From Veleropilina oligotropha (lineage: Eukaryota): a DNA stretch of 64,000 nucleotides. A program made the translations under genes and the position numbers. The stretch spans positions 186,001 through 250,000 of the forward strand of contig JBEUKZ010000070.1 of the NCBI GenBank assembly GCA_048128005.1, in the 5' to 3' direction. The notes beneath the pieces are model-generated. The model was not told the origin of the DNA. It saw only the letters and a list, made by a program, of their open reading frames with translations, and ran no database searches. This document shows positions 26,511-40,228 of the stretch, piece after piece. The stretch's first letter is position 1. The number at the start of each line of letters is the position of its first letter.

Positions 26511-28555
26511 AATCTGTAGTTTTCTTTCGAATATTAATTACGTAACAAAGCGGAATCAGCATCTTTAACAGATATGATACTTGCTTGTCAGGAATGTGAT
26601 CAACCGTTTTAATGAAATACATGTAACACATTGCCATATAATATAATGAAGTACAGGTTATGTTATTAGTAAAACATAGATGTATACAAAATCATTGTAT
26701 TAACCATGCAAGTCTTTCTTTCGGTGTGACAATGCAAGAAGCTGCACTATATTTCACATTTGTGAAGTTACCTACCTACTTGATACCAAATGGTATGACA
26801 TTCATGCATGATTATATTTATATAATGAATTTCTCAATGTGAAGGCAACATTGTGCCGGAATCGCAACATTGATGTGAAACTAGCTGCATTATTGTCCTG
26901 GGATACTGGATACAGGTGGTACATATCTCGTGTCTTGCAGACAGTCAATAAGTACATGGTATGTCAGAGCAGGCCCATATCCCTCTCCAGCAGCACTGAT
27001 GCATTCTTGTAGTGAGGTCTGACAACTTGTAAAGCATCTTCAATTTTATTTAAGTTGTTACTGGACAATGAAGTAGCATTTTTAAACCAAAGTACGAGTC
27101 TCTCCTTTGTCATTGCGAAATCCAATTCTATAAAACGTGACCGTTTCATGTCAGTCTTTTATAACATATGCTTGAGACCAGAGAAGCCCCATTCACTTGT
27201 AATATTGATCATTACAGTCAGGCAAGACGAAATGATAATGACAATGATTATTTGATATGATCAGATCAGCAGGCACATCTGTCTATATGGTTCTTAATTA
27301 TGCACTTTGATAGCTCAAAATGTAATTGTTTCCCCCGACAATAGTCAAGGGGGTAATTTGGCTTTGTCTCCCTTTCACCCCGTTCCAGAGATATATTGTG
27401 TAGTTTCAAATTTGGTGCGCACTAGTTTATGATGAGGCCACGACCCCAAACGATTTTGGTCGTGTTTGCATTCAAAATGGCTGCCGTGAGGGTGGGATAC
27501 ACCTTATTGAACTGTAAGATTTTATTTGTTTATTTAAATTATGTATTACGAATGTCATCTTCAGGTTGAATCATGCAAAGAGAAACAGTGTACATTGTAA
27601 TTGCGGATTCCCAGCGATTTCATATTGAAATACAAGTTGTGACATTTTATACTGCTGCCATTTTAGGAGCATTGTGTTGTTTGGTGATCTACAATAACAT
27701 TTTTAAATAAAGACAACTTATATGGACAGTTTGCTTCATTTCTATGCATTAAGGTAGACACAAGACACACTCCAGGAAAATACATATCAGCCAATCAGAT
27801 CACAGCCATTTCTCAGCCGTGATGAGCTAATCACGAGTCGCCATAAATCTTGGATGTACAAAAGCGGTCTTGCAGTAGACTAGTCCGAGTGCTAAAATTG
27901 CATTAATTTAGAGTGTTGTTATTAATTTATGATGATTAATGATTATTATCATTGAAAAGAATTTGCATTACATATTTGTGTAGCATACATAGAGGATCTC
28001 AAACGAGTGTCCATTTCATATGAGAATTCTTAATCGAATCGGGCACAATTTATGTACTGAGCTGAGCCTTGGCTAGGTACATAAATTTGCTGACGAGTTT
28101 CATAATTCTCATATGAATTGGAAACGAGTTGGAATCTTCTTTATTTACCTTTAAACTTATTTTTTTTACGTTTTTAGTCATTTCTTTACGTTTTTAATCT
28201 GATTTCTGTCAGTACTTTGTCATAAAACGGCCTGCCTCAGACGCATCATGACTCGACAGACGTGCCACGCCAAAATACATACGTACACCAATAAAACATA
28301 GTTCCACATCTTTGTTTGATCAGCAGACGACGCGTCAACGCGTATCAATTATTCAATATGTTAATTAGGGTGATGCGTCACTTAATCAAATTCGTGCCAG
28401 ATGCGACTAGATGGCATCATGCTCACCCTCATTTACATAGTTATTACATATGAAAAATATGAAACAGGTTCTGCCGTTTCATAACAGGTTTGTCATGTGA
28501 TAAATAGATATATGACACAATTATGGAAAATTCTTGGTTACGCAATGCTAGTTTA

Positions 28556-29407
28556 TTTTTATGCCCCGAAACAAAGTTTGGGGGCATATAGTGTTGCACA
28601 CATCCGTCCGTCCGAACTTCGTTTCCAGGCTATAACTTGAGAATGCCTTCATGGATGCAAGTGGATAATCATAATAGCTAAGTGGAGTTCGATTTCGGTA
28701 AAATTCCCATGTCACATAAGGGAGTTATGCCCCTTGTTTCACTTGGAAACATTTTTTCATTTCCGGGCGGTAACTTGAGAATGCCTTCATGGATTTAGAT
28801 TAAATTTGGTATTCGCGTGTATGATCATAATAGCTAAGTGGAGTTCTATTTCGGTAAAATCCACCTTCACATAAGGGAGTTATGTCCCTTTATCAACTTG
28901 CAAATTTATTTTCCATTTCCGGGTGATAACTGAGAATGTGTTCATGGATTTAAATTAAATTTGGTATACAAGTGTAATATCATTTGAAACAAATTTATAC
29001 CCGGCCCCCTGAAAAATGAAGTATGGAGAGCATTTATTGTTACACATGTTTGTCCCTCGAATGCTTTAGATTCTGCGCTATATTCAGGCATTCATGGATT
29101 CAAATTACATTAATTTGATATACGCATGTATATCAGAATATCTAAGTGGAGTTTGATTCTATAAATTTTCAACTTCATTAAGAGACGGCTTTTAATTAAT
29201 TTAATTTTGTTTTCAATTCTGGATGATAACTTCAGAATACATTCATGGAATAAAACTATATTTGGAATATAGGTGTATACTTATACATACATTGTTAAAT
29301 GGGTAAATGCAATGTTAAGAGAGTTATGGCTGTCTATTTCAAATTTCTTTCATTCCTGGGCAGTTGTTTCAGCGAGGGCATTCGTGTCACTCTGACATAT
29401 CTAGTTT
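28556..29407 (+). mobile_element. HINE-like family B, uninterrupted copy
   Basis: Colinear with 18414-21411 without the nested insertions. Confidence 0.8.
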
Positions 29408-29475
29408 ATATATAATACTCGCGCAAGGCAATTATTTGCAATATATGTAATATTTTATGAAAAACTAGAGGAATT

Positions 29476-31201
29476 GTTTTTATGCCCGGGCCGAAGGGCA
29501 TATTGTTTCTGCTCCGTCCGGCGTCACGGCGTCCGGCGTCAACATTTTTGTTAAAGTTTTTCATTGAGTCTAATGGGCTGTTCAAGTGACCTTTTTGGCA
29601 TATGTATGCTTTGATATTGGTTAAAGGGATGTCACCTGATTCTCTGGCAGTGATATTTAATAAAATTTATTATAATTTATGAAAATAAAGTGGTGTTTGT
29701 GGATATAGAAACTTGGGTGAATTTTAGGTTAAAGTGTTTGGTTAAAGTTTTTCATTGAGTGGATATGGGTTATTTAAGCTACGTTTTGGCATATCTATAC
29801 TTTGTTATTGGTTATATGGATATCATCTGATACTTTGGAAATTATATTTAATAAAATTTAATATAATTAAAGGTAATATGGTAGCATTTTTGGACATAGA
29901 TATTTTGGTGAATTTTAAGTTTTTGGTTAAGTGAATATGAGTTGTTGATTTGAGATTTTGGCATATATATGCTTTGTTATTGGTTATATGGATGTCATCA
30001 TATACTCTGGCAATGATATTTAATAAAATTTAATTTAATTAATTAAAATATGGTCATCTTTTCGGACAATTTGATAAACTATGTAATAATTATATTCATG
30101 TTAGGTGAATTTCACCTATGACAGGGTTTGCATGTAATTCAATGTCATTAAAGATATTGAAGTGGACTTCGGATTTTAATGTTTATCAGAACACTGCTGA
30201 AAGTGTTAAACATGGTTTTTGTATGATAACAACGAAGCATCTATTACCGGCTAGCCCACTGTGTGTAATGAGCTCAGTCGTGGGTGCCTGCTGGCTCAAT
30301 GGAGATCTCAGATATTGGTTTTATGGATGTCATCATATGATATTTAATATAATTAAAGGAAATATGGTGGTCTTTTTGGACATAGAAATTGAGGTGATTT
30401 TTAAGTTTTTAGTTGAGTGAAAATGGGTTGCTCAAGGCACTTTTTAGCTTGCCTGATCGAAGCACAGTAGAGCAATTGTCAACAGCAGCTCGTACTTCAG
30501 TGTCGGCGTCTCCAGTTTTGTGTATTATAAATCAATAGTATCTTCAAATGGCAGTATACACCATTACACGATCATATCGTATCCAGTAATATCACTCTGG
30601 TCAACTGGTCAGGGTTCAAGTTATCAGGTAATATCTAAAATAAAAATTCAAAGCAAATCAAAGATAAATATTTTAAAAGGTTAGTTAATATAGATAATGT
30701 ATTATATGTGAGCGCAACCAGTCAACAGTCTAAAAAATGCCGCTACTAATTTAATTTTGAAGCAAAAAATTTGCAACAGTGTTTTTTGTAATAGTTTATA
30801 CCACTTATCATAATAAGAAGGGTTTCGAAAAATATACAGAGAATTCCCACGGAATTACCTAATAGCCCTCACTATTTATTAGAACACTGCTGAAAGTGCT
30901 AAACATGGTTTTTATATGATAAAAACAAGCATTTATTACCAGCTAGCCCACTGTGTGCAATGAGCTCAGTCGTGGGTGCCGGCTGGCTCAATGGATATAT
31001 CAGATATTCTAGATTTTAAGTATAAATAGAAGTTTATGTGGACATTATTTGCACTTATTTTAATACATATACTTATCCTATCACCTTTGATATATCACTA
31101 GCTATTTTGGCGGTGATATTGCAATTTATATGGTTATATTTAATATTATTTGGTGTCTACGCGAGGGCATTTTTGTGGCGTGCCACAACTTTATTCTAGT
31201 T
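29476..31201 (+). mobile_element. HINE-like element with AT-rich ~180-bp repeats
   Basis: 5' ATGCCC..GGGCAT hairpin and GGCGTC repeats; 3' GGGCAT subTIR, hairpin TTGTGGC-GT-GCCACAA, CTAGTT. Confidence 0.65.
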
Positions 31202-33189
31202 GTATGTAAGTACAAAAACCTATGTCAACCCTACATGTGCAATTCTTATGTAAATAAGAATTACCGTTGTGAATGTTCAAGTAGCGGTGGCCATCGTCAA
31301 TATCGGATGATTTTGAATGTTACCGTGACATACCTTCATGATCGGACACACTAGAGCTGCGCCGGGCCATGCACCTCCGCGCCAAGTGGGTATCGCCCGA
31401 ACGCTATTTTTAGCCAGTAGTTTCTGTAGCTTCGTCAGAGATTTGCGTATGGCGTGATGGAGAAAGAGAGATCTATAGGGATTGGAGTTGTAAGTATTAG
31501 ACTGAGCACTGAGCAAATAGTACAGAAGTTCCATTCCAAACGAGATTAGTGAAGAAAAGTGGACTAGATTCACGATGGAGGCCATTTTTAACCCGGCTGG
31601 TGTTATCATCGACTGAGGCGGAGAATTTGTCCGCATCATATCTCAGCTTGTTGAAACTTTGTATGCTAACTTATCATTACCTACCCTAGCGCATGGCGAT
31701 ATAATTTTCCGTGTGCGACCGACACAAAATCCAGGATGCAAGTTTTGTCCGAACCATATCTTTGCTACTATATATGCCACCTTGATTTAATTTTGTATAC
31801 GAACTTACCTTGACCCACTGTTGCGCATGGCGACAATTTTCGGTGTGCGACCTTTGACCTTGCCCAATATATAGGATGAATCTTTTGTCCGGATCATATC
31901 TCAGCCTGTATTCAATTTCATGTCAGTTTGATGAAACTTGGTATGCTAATTTACCTTAACGTAGTACCTTAGCGCGTAGCGATATAATTTTCTGTGTGCG
32001 CCATTTGACTTTGCCATTGTGACCTTTGACCAAAATCCAGGATGCATATTTTGTCCGGACAATATCTCTGCTACTAGACATGCCACCTTGATTTACTTTT
32101 GTATATTTACTTACCCTGACCCACCCTTGCGTGTGGTGACAATTTTACGTGAGCGACCTTTAACCTTACCCAAATATAGGATCAAGCTTTTGTCCGGATC
32201 ATATCTCGGCTTGTATGTATGCCAGCTTGACGAAACTTGGTATGCTAACTTACCCTGGTAACCCAAGCGCATGGCGATAAGTTTCCATGTGCGACCTTTG
32301 ACCTTACTGTAGGATGAAGCTTTTGTATCACAGTTTGGGTGGTTCACGCAAGAATGGCCATCACGTGACCAATGTCATTCGATAAGGTCGAAACGTCGGA
32401 ATTGAAGACATTCCCCGGCCAAGCATGGTATAAAGTACTCCTATGACATACGAGACCGGGTTGCGGAGTAGGAAGTAGCAGGCTCTAACGTTGTTGGAGT
32501 AGGTATAAGGAAGCTTATACCACGGCTGATGTCATACGTCGCCTGTCAATAAAAATGTTCTCATTTGGAAAACCTTGAGTAGGCATTACTGAAGTTGTCT
32601 TCTGCCATTGTGAATGTCTATACATCACAGTCATGAATATAAATAACGACTGTCACAGTGTTACGAGCCAAGTCAGGAGTTTGTTGAGTAAGTTTTGCAT
32701 CGTGAAAGCCAGATAAATACGTTATCGAGCAACGTCTTGGTAAACACTGTGCATTGAATATCTTATTACGTTAAACAACTCGACTAGTGCCTCGTTCAAA
32801 TTCATGCGGCTTTCAATGCACCATGTTTAACGCGACGTCGCTCGGCAACTTTTAATTGAGTAGCGATAACAATATTTTCCAAATGGCAGACATCTTGCAT
32901 GTTCGACTGCCTCATGTCTTGACACGCCTTCATGAGCGCTTGGAGCGGCTGCACGTTGTAGCTTAGCTCTCAAACTGAGCTATGCACAAGTTTTTAATAT
33001 GACGTACGGTTTCATGCTTACCCACTTGAACTCTTGTCATTTACTTGAGGAAGTCAGTTCTTATCTTATCACAGCAGGGATTGCTTTCGGTCACATCAAA
33101 TATATAGTATTAATTTTCATGATCATGTCACTGGAACACATCACTTGAATTTTCTATGAAGAATTTACTTTGTAGCAAATAGGATTAAA

Positions 33190-33445
33190 TCTTTATGCAC
33201 GTCAATGTTAACGCCTTGAATGTATTCATGTATGGACCAAGATGACCGGAGGTTGGTTTGAAAGTTTAACGGAGACTTTTGAACATTTTGATTAAATCGC
33301 TGTCAGGTCCCCAGTATTAAGTCTCTATCCCATCAGACGGACACTGTGTGCAATGGAGACGTGCACATATCGGGCTTGAACCCATTAAATTTACTCTTGA
33401 CTTCATAAACCAGCATCGTATCCACTGGACCACGCCACTCCCCCC
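33190..33445 (-). mobile_element. tRNA-derived SINE (minus strand)
   Basis: Minus strand reads GGGGAGTGGCGTGGTCCAGTGGATA (A box) ... GGGTTCAAGCCC (B box). Confidence 0.55.
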
Positions 33446-33934
33446 AGAAGATCAGATGTAATATTAACTTTCTTTGAAGTTGCACTGACCGTAATGATAG
33501 CACATTGGCCTACAATGCCTTGCGTATGTATATATATGTGGATGTTATAAATAGCTTTGATGATTCAAATTGGAATAACATACATTGTTTGCTGTTTATA
33601 ATAAAAAATCACCGCTGAAATTGCTACCCACTAGTGCAATATTACTATTCAACGGCAGCCATATTGATAGATAACCTTTCGATTCGTCCTATCCATTTCG
33701 TCAGCACAATTTGATTCATCAGACTTCTCATCATTGATCAAAACACAGACGTTTCATCAAATATGAAACTAGAAATGTGTTCATGGGACACGAATGCCCT
33801 CACAGCAGAATGGAGTTACATGCATGCAAATACTGGTTTTCGGGATAAATTGATGGGGGCATAAGCTATATTTATGCGATGTGACGTAAAACAGTAAATC
33901 AGTATCAAGTACAAAGAGGGATACTAGTCTCCGG

Positions 33935-34915
33935 TTAGATCAACGCAGTTTAGACCGACGGGTTGGAAGATCCAGTACTCAGTACTGTTCTTGATTGTTC
34001 CGCCGAGTTTGTGCCTCTGGGGTCACAGTGGACAATTTCGATGTCGAATATCCTCTTGTGGAATGAGTGTTCCGGTTTTTTGTAATGAACTCCAGTCGGC
34101 TCATCTATGTTAAGTCTAGCATAGCGAAGGTGTTCGCTTAGACGCATTTTGAATTCTTGTTGATTTGGCCGACATATTGTGATTTTCAGAGTCCTTGCAA
34201 GTGATCAAATAGATTAAGTTTTGATTTGCGGTCACCAATAGTTTTTCCCGGAAAATTTATTGGTGTGGGAACTCTGGACGTGCGTTTTCCTAGAAAATCA
34301 AATGCATTGCTGCAATTGGGTTTTCCACACTTTGCCTGGATACTGTGTGTGATGCCCTGGTTGAGTGTGTTGGAAAGGCTGCTTTGATGAGGATGTACCT
34401 TTCGTTTTGTCAAAGTGTACGAAATAATCAAGGAAGATGACCATTTGGTCAGAATGTTCTTCCATGAATTTGATCGTTGGGTGAGCAGAGTACATGTAGG
34501 AAATGAATTTTGGTAATTCGTGTTCCCCATGTGGCCAGATGGAGAAATTGTCGTCGATGAAACTAAGGTGGAGTTTCGGTTTCATCGGATAATCATTGAT
34601 CAATTTGGATACAAGATGATGGATGAAGAGTATAGAAGGAGTATAGAAGGATCTTGCCCGTTTGGAGGGTCTTTCGATTTCGATAACTGAGTTGCTAGGT
34701 GTGACGTCGCTTTCTGGTGCTAAGCTCATGTCACTTATCCGTGCTCGGAGACCTCAAAGTGCACAAAAGTATAAGAAATATTTGATAGGAGCAGGATACT
34801 ACTAATTTTCACTCTGGGGCGCGCCTGGGTTGTCCTGACCGGTTTCGATACTAAATGTATCTTTTTCCTCTGATGAAGATACATTTAGTATCGAAACTGC
34901 TCCCGCTCCTAGTAA
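33935..34915 (-). mobile_element. Deleted Penelope-like retroelement (RT and GIY-YIG remnants, hammerhead-bearing terminus)
   Basis: FIDDNFSIWPHG..L..F...HPTIKF....IFLD (PLE RT motif), NLIYLITCK..YVGQ..F..RLSEH (GIY-YIG), and a hammerhead core at 34833-34897. Confidence 0.8.
34833..34897. ncRNA. Minimal type I hammerhead ribozyme, split across an inverted duplication
   Basis: Plus strand TCCT-CTGATGA-A-GATAC-ATTTA-GTATC-GAAAC; minus strand GATAC-ATTTA-GTATC-GAAAC-CG-GTC-AGGA. Confidence 0.7.
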
Positions 34916-34925
34916 ATCAGTATTA

Positions 34926-36198
34926 AACTAGAGGAGTTGTTTTTGTGTGAACAAAAACATATGTTTAGTTTAAACAATATTTTATTGTAGCAGAAATCAC
35001 TCCATATCGAGACCCTTATGAAGTTTGGAAAGTCACGAACTGAAAGAGTGTAAATATATTTGACGAAATGGATAGATTTATGCAAATATCCTGAATATTT
35101 ACACCCTTCACGTTCAAGGCATGGGAACCCATGAAGATGACAAGAATTTTAGTAGGTCAAAGGTCATTACGGCAAGGTCAGGGGTCATTTTCGGAAAATT
35201 ACGCCTTGCACAATGGCACGTTAAGGGAAGATAGTATACCCAAGGAAATCATGCTGGCCTGTATAGGACCCGAGATATAGCCCGGATAAGGTGTGTGGTA
35301 GAGAAAGTACATTATGACCTCTGTGACCTTGACCTTTGACCAAACAACAAAATTGAACATTGTTATATAATGTACTCGCCCTCGGGAATAAATTTGGTGA
35401 ACAAAAATTAAGAAAACAAAATATAAAAATGCCCAAATATGGAAATTGTTTATCAAGGACAAAATTTTAGCGCCCTGCACATGTTTGAAATATGTCCAAA
35501 GCATCTACAAAGAAATTATAATGATAAGATTTGACGCTCCGAGAACCAGCCGGACACGATTTCGGCGGTCCAAGGTCATTACGTCAAGGTCGAAAGTCGT
35601 TTTGCGAAATTTTGCCAAAAAGCACAATGGCATGATAGGGCGGTTTAACATACCAAAGGAAATCAGGCTGGCATGTATAGGACCCGAGATCTAGCCCGCA
35701 CAAGGTGTGTTTTAGGGAAAGGACATTTTGACCTCTGTGACCAAACAACAAAATTGAACATTGTTATATAATGTACTCACCCTGAGGAATACATTTCGCT
35801 AAAAAAAATTAAGAAAACAAAATATAAAAAAGCCCAAATATGGAAATTGTTTATCAAGGTCACAGCGCCAAGGCGCAAAATTTTAGCGCCCTGCACATGC
35901 TTGGGGTGGGGGCCATGCATCTACAAAGAAATTAGAAGGATAAGATTTGAAGTCTCCGAGAACCAGGTCGGACACGATTTCGGGGTCAAAGGTCATTACA
36001 TCAAGGTCGAAAGTCGTTTTCGTGAAATTTTGCCGAAAAGCAAAGGCATGCCTGGACGGTTTAATTTACCAAAGGAAATAATGCTGGCACGTATAGGACC
36101 TGAGATCTAGTCCGGACAAGAAAAGTGAGGAAGAAGGAGGAGAACGGAGTGTAAAACAATATGTCTCTCCCATCCTTCGGATGGGGAGACATAACTAA
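34926..36198 (-). mobile_element. HINE-like family A, inverted copy
   Basis: Reverse complement of the 17823-22642 termini and repeat units. Confidence 0.8.
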
Positions 36199-36425
36199 CA
36201 AATCCTCGACCCCGCAAGTCGAGGGGGTGTCTTCCCTTCCACGGTGGCCATTAGTGGCGACCAACATGCATAATCAAGTCGGATTAAAACTTTTCACTGT
36301 AGAACGCCCACAAGAAATCGCTTCAAACAAATCTCTTCAAACAAAATGGCTGCCACGACGGCCATCTTGAATACAAAAACAACGAAAATCATTATGCGAC
36401 GTGTCCTCATCAGACCAAACGTGTA

Positions 36426-39400
36426 CCGTAAACAGGGGTTACATTGAACAGTGGGGTAACTTTGAACACTATAAGTGAAAATGATTAATCAATTTGACCT
36501 GCAAGATTTTTTTTACTTGTTTTAAACAATTTTTTTCCATCATAAAATGAATATTATATTGCTTGTATATTTAAATGCATATGTTATTTCATATTTTAAA
36601 ATAATATAGTACCAAACTAGAAATATGTCCATCGGACACGAATGCCCCCACTGACAGCCTTGACCATAGGGGCAGTGTACAAAGTATCAAGTCAATCCAT
36701 GAAGGCAAATAGAAGTTATAGCAGATTGGAGTTGCTTACACGCAAATACTGGTTTCGGGACGGGACGGACAAGAGTAAATCTAAATGCCACCCCAATAAA
36801 TTGGTGGTGGCATAAAAATGAAGGCCAAAATACACGGAATTCGTGTTTTTCAAGGTGAGTAAACTTTTTCCTGCATTATATGTACTAGCCAGTGCCCGTG
36901 GGGTAATTAAATCTCTCAACGCCTGGGATGTGAAGTACCCACTGTACTATTATAATATTTTGGTCTGTCAATTTGTGAGGTAATTTGTGGTATGTTGAAA
37001 GTCAACAAATTAAATATTTCTGAATGTGAGTTAATTTGTGGCATCTTGAAAGCCGGGGTTGAAAGTCAAATCAATTTAGTTGATTTTGGACGAAAAAGAC
37101 ATTGGGAAATGAAATTGTATGTGCTAGTTGAGGCTTTTACACTGACCGATTATTACAAATATTCGAACGAATATTCGCCGGTGTCGCGAACTATACCGTA
37201 CACCTGACTATACCGTACAGGTCTTATCTGTAATATCAGCAATACGTATTTGAAAATCGCATCTGGTAATTCATGGACTTGTGGTTATGTCACTATTGTT
37301 CACCTGATGGTCTTAAAATTAACCTTTTTCCAGTTCAATACATCAACATGGTTACTCTGGAGTATAAGTACTTGGGTGTTAACCGCAACAATCACGACCA
37401 GTAGCGTACGTAGATGAAATTACCGATTATCATTAATTTGCATTATTCCGATGAAATTGCTCTTATAAATTAATTAGGTCCATGAATTACAAGATGCGAT
37501 ATTACAATACGTATTATTGATATTACAGATAAGACCTGTACGGTATAGTCAGCCGTACGGTATAGTTCGTGACACCGGCACACGTGTTGGTTTCCAGTGC
37601 AAACGCATGTTGAAATCGACTCGTCGTTTCAATGACGAAGTTATATCGCACCGTACTTTCCCGGCATAAAAAATACGTAGGCTTTTAAAAACATGTTTAT
37701 CATTTAATAAAGGAAAACATAATAGACTCGTCGTTTCAATGACGATTGTCTATAGTACCGTACTTTTCCCGTCATCAAATAACAAATTATCTTTGTAAGG
37801 ATATTGTGTTTAATGTAGTAATTACTTCCCTTTATACTCTGTATTTGTTTTGGGCTGAGTTCAACGGAAGTAAACGTTAGATAATGTTACCTAACGTTAG
37901 CTAACTATTCAAATTGAACGGTTTCTGAACAAAACTTGAGCGAAATAGAACGGTCGGAGGACACTGTGTGTTTGCCAGGAAATAAAGAAATGAAATACAT
38001 TAGAAGACGTCGAATAGTCTGAATAATACTTAACTAAAAGTTAATCTAACATAATAATGCTATTAAATGTCTATATATTTATCTTATTTTTATGCTCTCT
38101 GCTGTCTTGCATTGTAAATAACAACTTTGGTCGAACATGGGGGGTGGGGGTGGGTAATTTAATTTGCGACGATTATGTGCAGTAAAATTCATCCTGTACA
38201 TAATGAAGTTAATTTTAATAGTTAAATGGGTTATCGACAACACGTATATGTTCAATAATAACAGCAGTATGGAATTAATAATGCAGATGAAAAATATGTA
38301 TTCTTGTACTTTCTAAATTACTTGTTTACTTAGACACTTGATTTGTTAGTATGACGAAAATTATCAACTGTCGTTCATTATCCCAAGAAGCGTTAGGTAA
38401 CATTGCCTAACGTTCGCTAATATTGAACTTGCCCTTAGCGCTATGTTTTCGGAAAAATGCTAAAAATCCCACCCTTAATCTATATCGGTTGGCATTGACT
38501 TTTTGATATGCACTCCCCGGGGTCGCCAGTCATGCACCCACCAACTTTTAAGACAATCGGGTCGACGGTTCTCGAGATATTTGAAGGACAAACAAACAAA
38601 CACACAGAGATTTGTGGAATTAATAGAAGGATAGTAGTAATTTTGTAACATAATATGTCACTTAAATGAAAAGTTACAGATGTAATAACATACTTATAAC
38701 TGATATTAGACGCGTTTCCTTCAATATTTTATCTCTTCCATGTTATAGTTATTGTCTACATACATTTTTACTATATTGGGTTACTTTGAACACCCTTCAG
38801 AGTAACTCTACTTATAAAATGTATCCAAAGTATGGTTCAACATTGTCACTAAATACACAAAATAGAGTAACTATGAAAAATGTAATATATAATAAGCAGC
38901 ATGAATGCCATTAATAATAAATATACTGTATATGCTATATATGGATGTATCAATCAACCAAATTTATTTAACTTCTATACACTATATAGTACAAGTTCGT
39001 AGATCATTATATAAAAATACTGGAAAATCCACAAGATATGGAAGAGTTTCACAGTCAAAGATGAAAAGCTTTCAGGGAAACATGCACCAAAAAATTGTCC
39101 TTCCCCGAGTACCCTGGCCCAAAATCTAAATCACAAACATGAAGGGAAATATGTACATAAATTAGACGTCAGCGAACTTGAAGGACAGGCTTTATTAGTC
39201 ACAATAATTGGAGTTGTGGCAGCATGGGGATTTTGCGCGTGACAATTTTGACATTGACATTATAATTCTCGCAAAAAACTATTTAACTTCCAAGGATCGT
39301 ATTGTGAAACAATTTGTTACTAACTTCCCATTAGACTGGAAGGTTGTAAATAATATACAGGATATTAAGCATCGATTCAATCCAATCCATTCTCTGAATG

Positions 39401-40228
39401 GGCAACATTGTGTGCAGGACATGCCAGCCAGAATATCAATCTGTCCCGATCAAGTGTATCACTGTCAGTGATGCACACCAAACGACAAAAGAAAGAATAA
39501 TGTCCCTCTTAGAGCGAGCATTGCATATGCCTGATATGGTTACTAGTATTTAGTGCAACACAAAGATCCCAAACCATCAAAGGAATATGACTGTGATGAG
39601 AATAGCACAGATACGGAAGATGGTTGATGACTATCACTTTTCAAGGATGAGAAATCAATATCATTTAATTTGGTGTTGCATAAACAAAAAGTCATTAATT
39701 GTTCACGTTCCATAAAAGTGTAGCAATGCAGTATATTTTGTAATATGATATGTTTTGTTTATGACATTGCTACAAAAAGTGCTATTTTCAGTAGAGTTCA
39801 TGAGCAAATGTTAGAATGTGCAATGTTTAATAAACTCTTTATAGGCCCTATGCTATATTATCCTGTCGTATTATGATTTTATATTGAATATATGTAAATA
39901 ATTCGTTTTCATACCAATGTTTAACAGTTATACTACTCAAACTGGTAAATCAAGTCGATAAATACAAAGTTTTTATGCTAATTTAATTACAGATTGATCA
40001 GTATTATATAAGTGTTCAAAGTAACTCCAAACATGGGGTTACATTGAACAGCACGTAATCTTTTCAAAAATATATCATAGTTGGTTGTGTATGAAGTTAG
40101 CTATTATTAACAAGAATAACATAACATGTCCCCTGATTATAATAACAAACCTACATAGTTTGCTCTAATTTATTTTAAGTTACAGAGATTTGTGTATAAA
40201 ATGTGTTCAAAGAAACCCCAGTTAACGG
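36426..40228. mobile_element. Decayed pogo/Tc1-mariner-type DNA transposon with TA target duplication
   Basis: TA|CCGTAAACAGGGGTTACATTGAACA...TGTTCAAAGAAACCCCAGTTAACGG|TA with repeated subterminal GGGGTTACATTGAACA. It is inserted in an AAATGGCCGCC repeat array (36200-40750). No intact transposase is visible. Confidence 0.7.
37177..37579. mobile_element. MITE with long TIRs
   Basis: GCCGGTGTCGCGAACTATACCGTAC...GTACGGTATAGTTCGTGACACCGGC, with arms of about 100 bp. Confidence 0.75.

Noticed and set aside
26964..27149. 61-aa ORF as a possible host exon
   Set aside because: No recognizable family motif and no convincing pair of splice sites.
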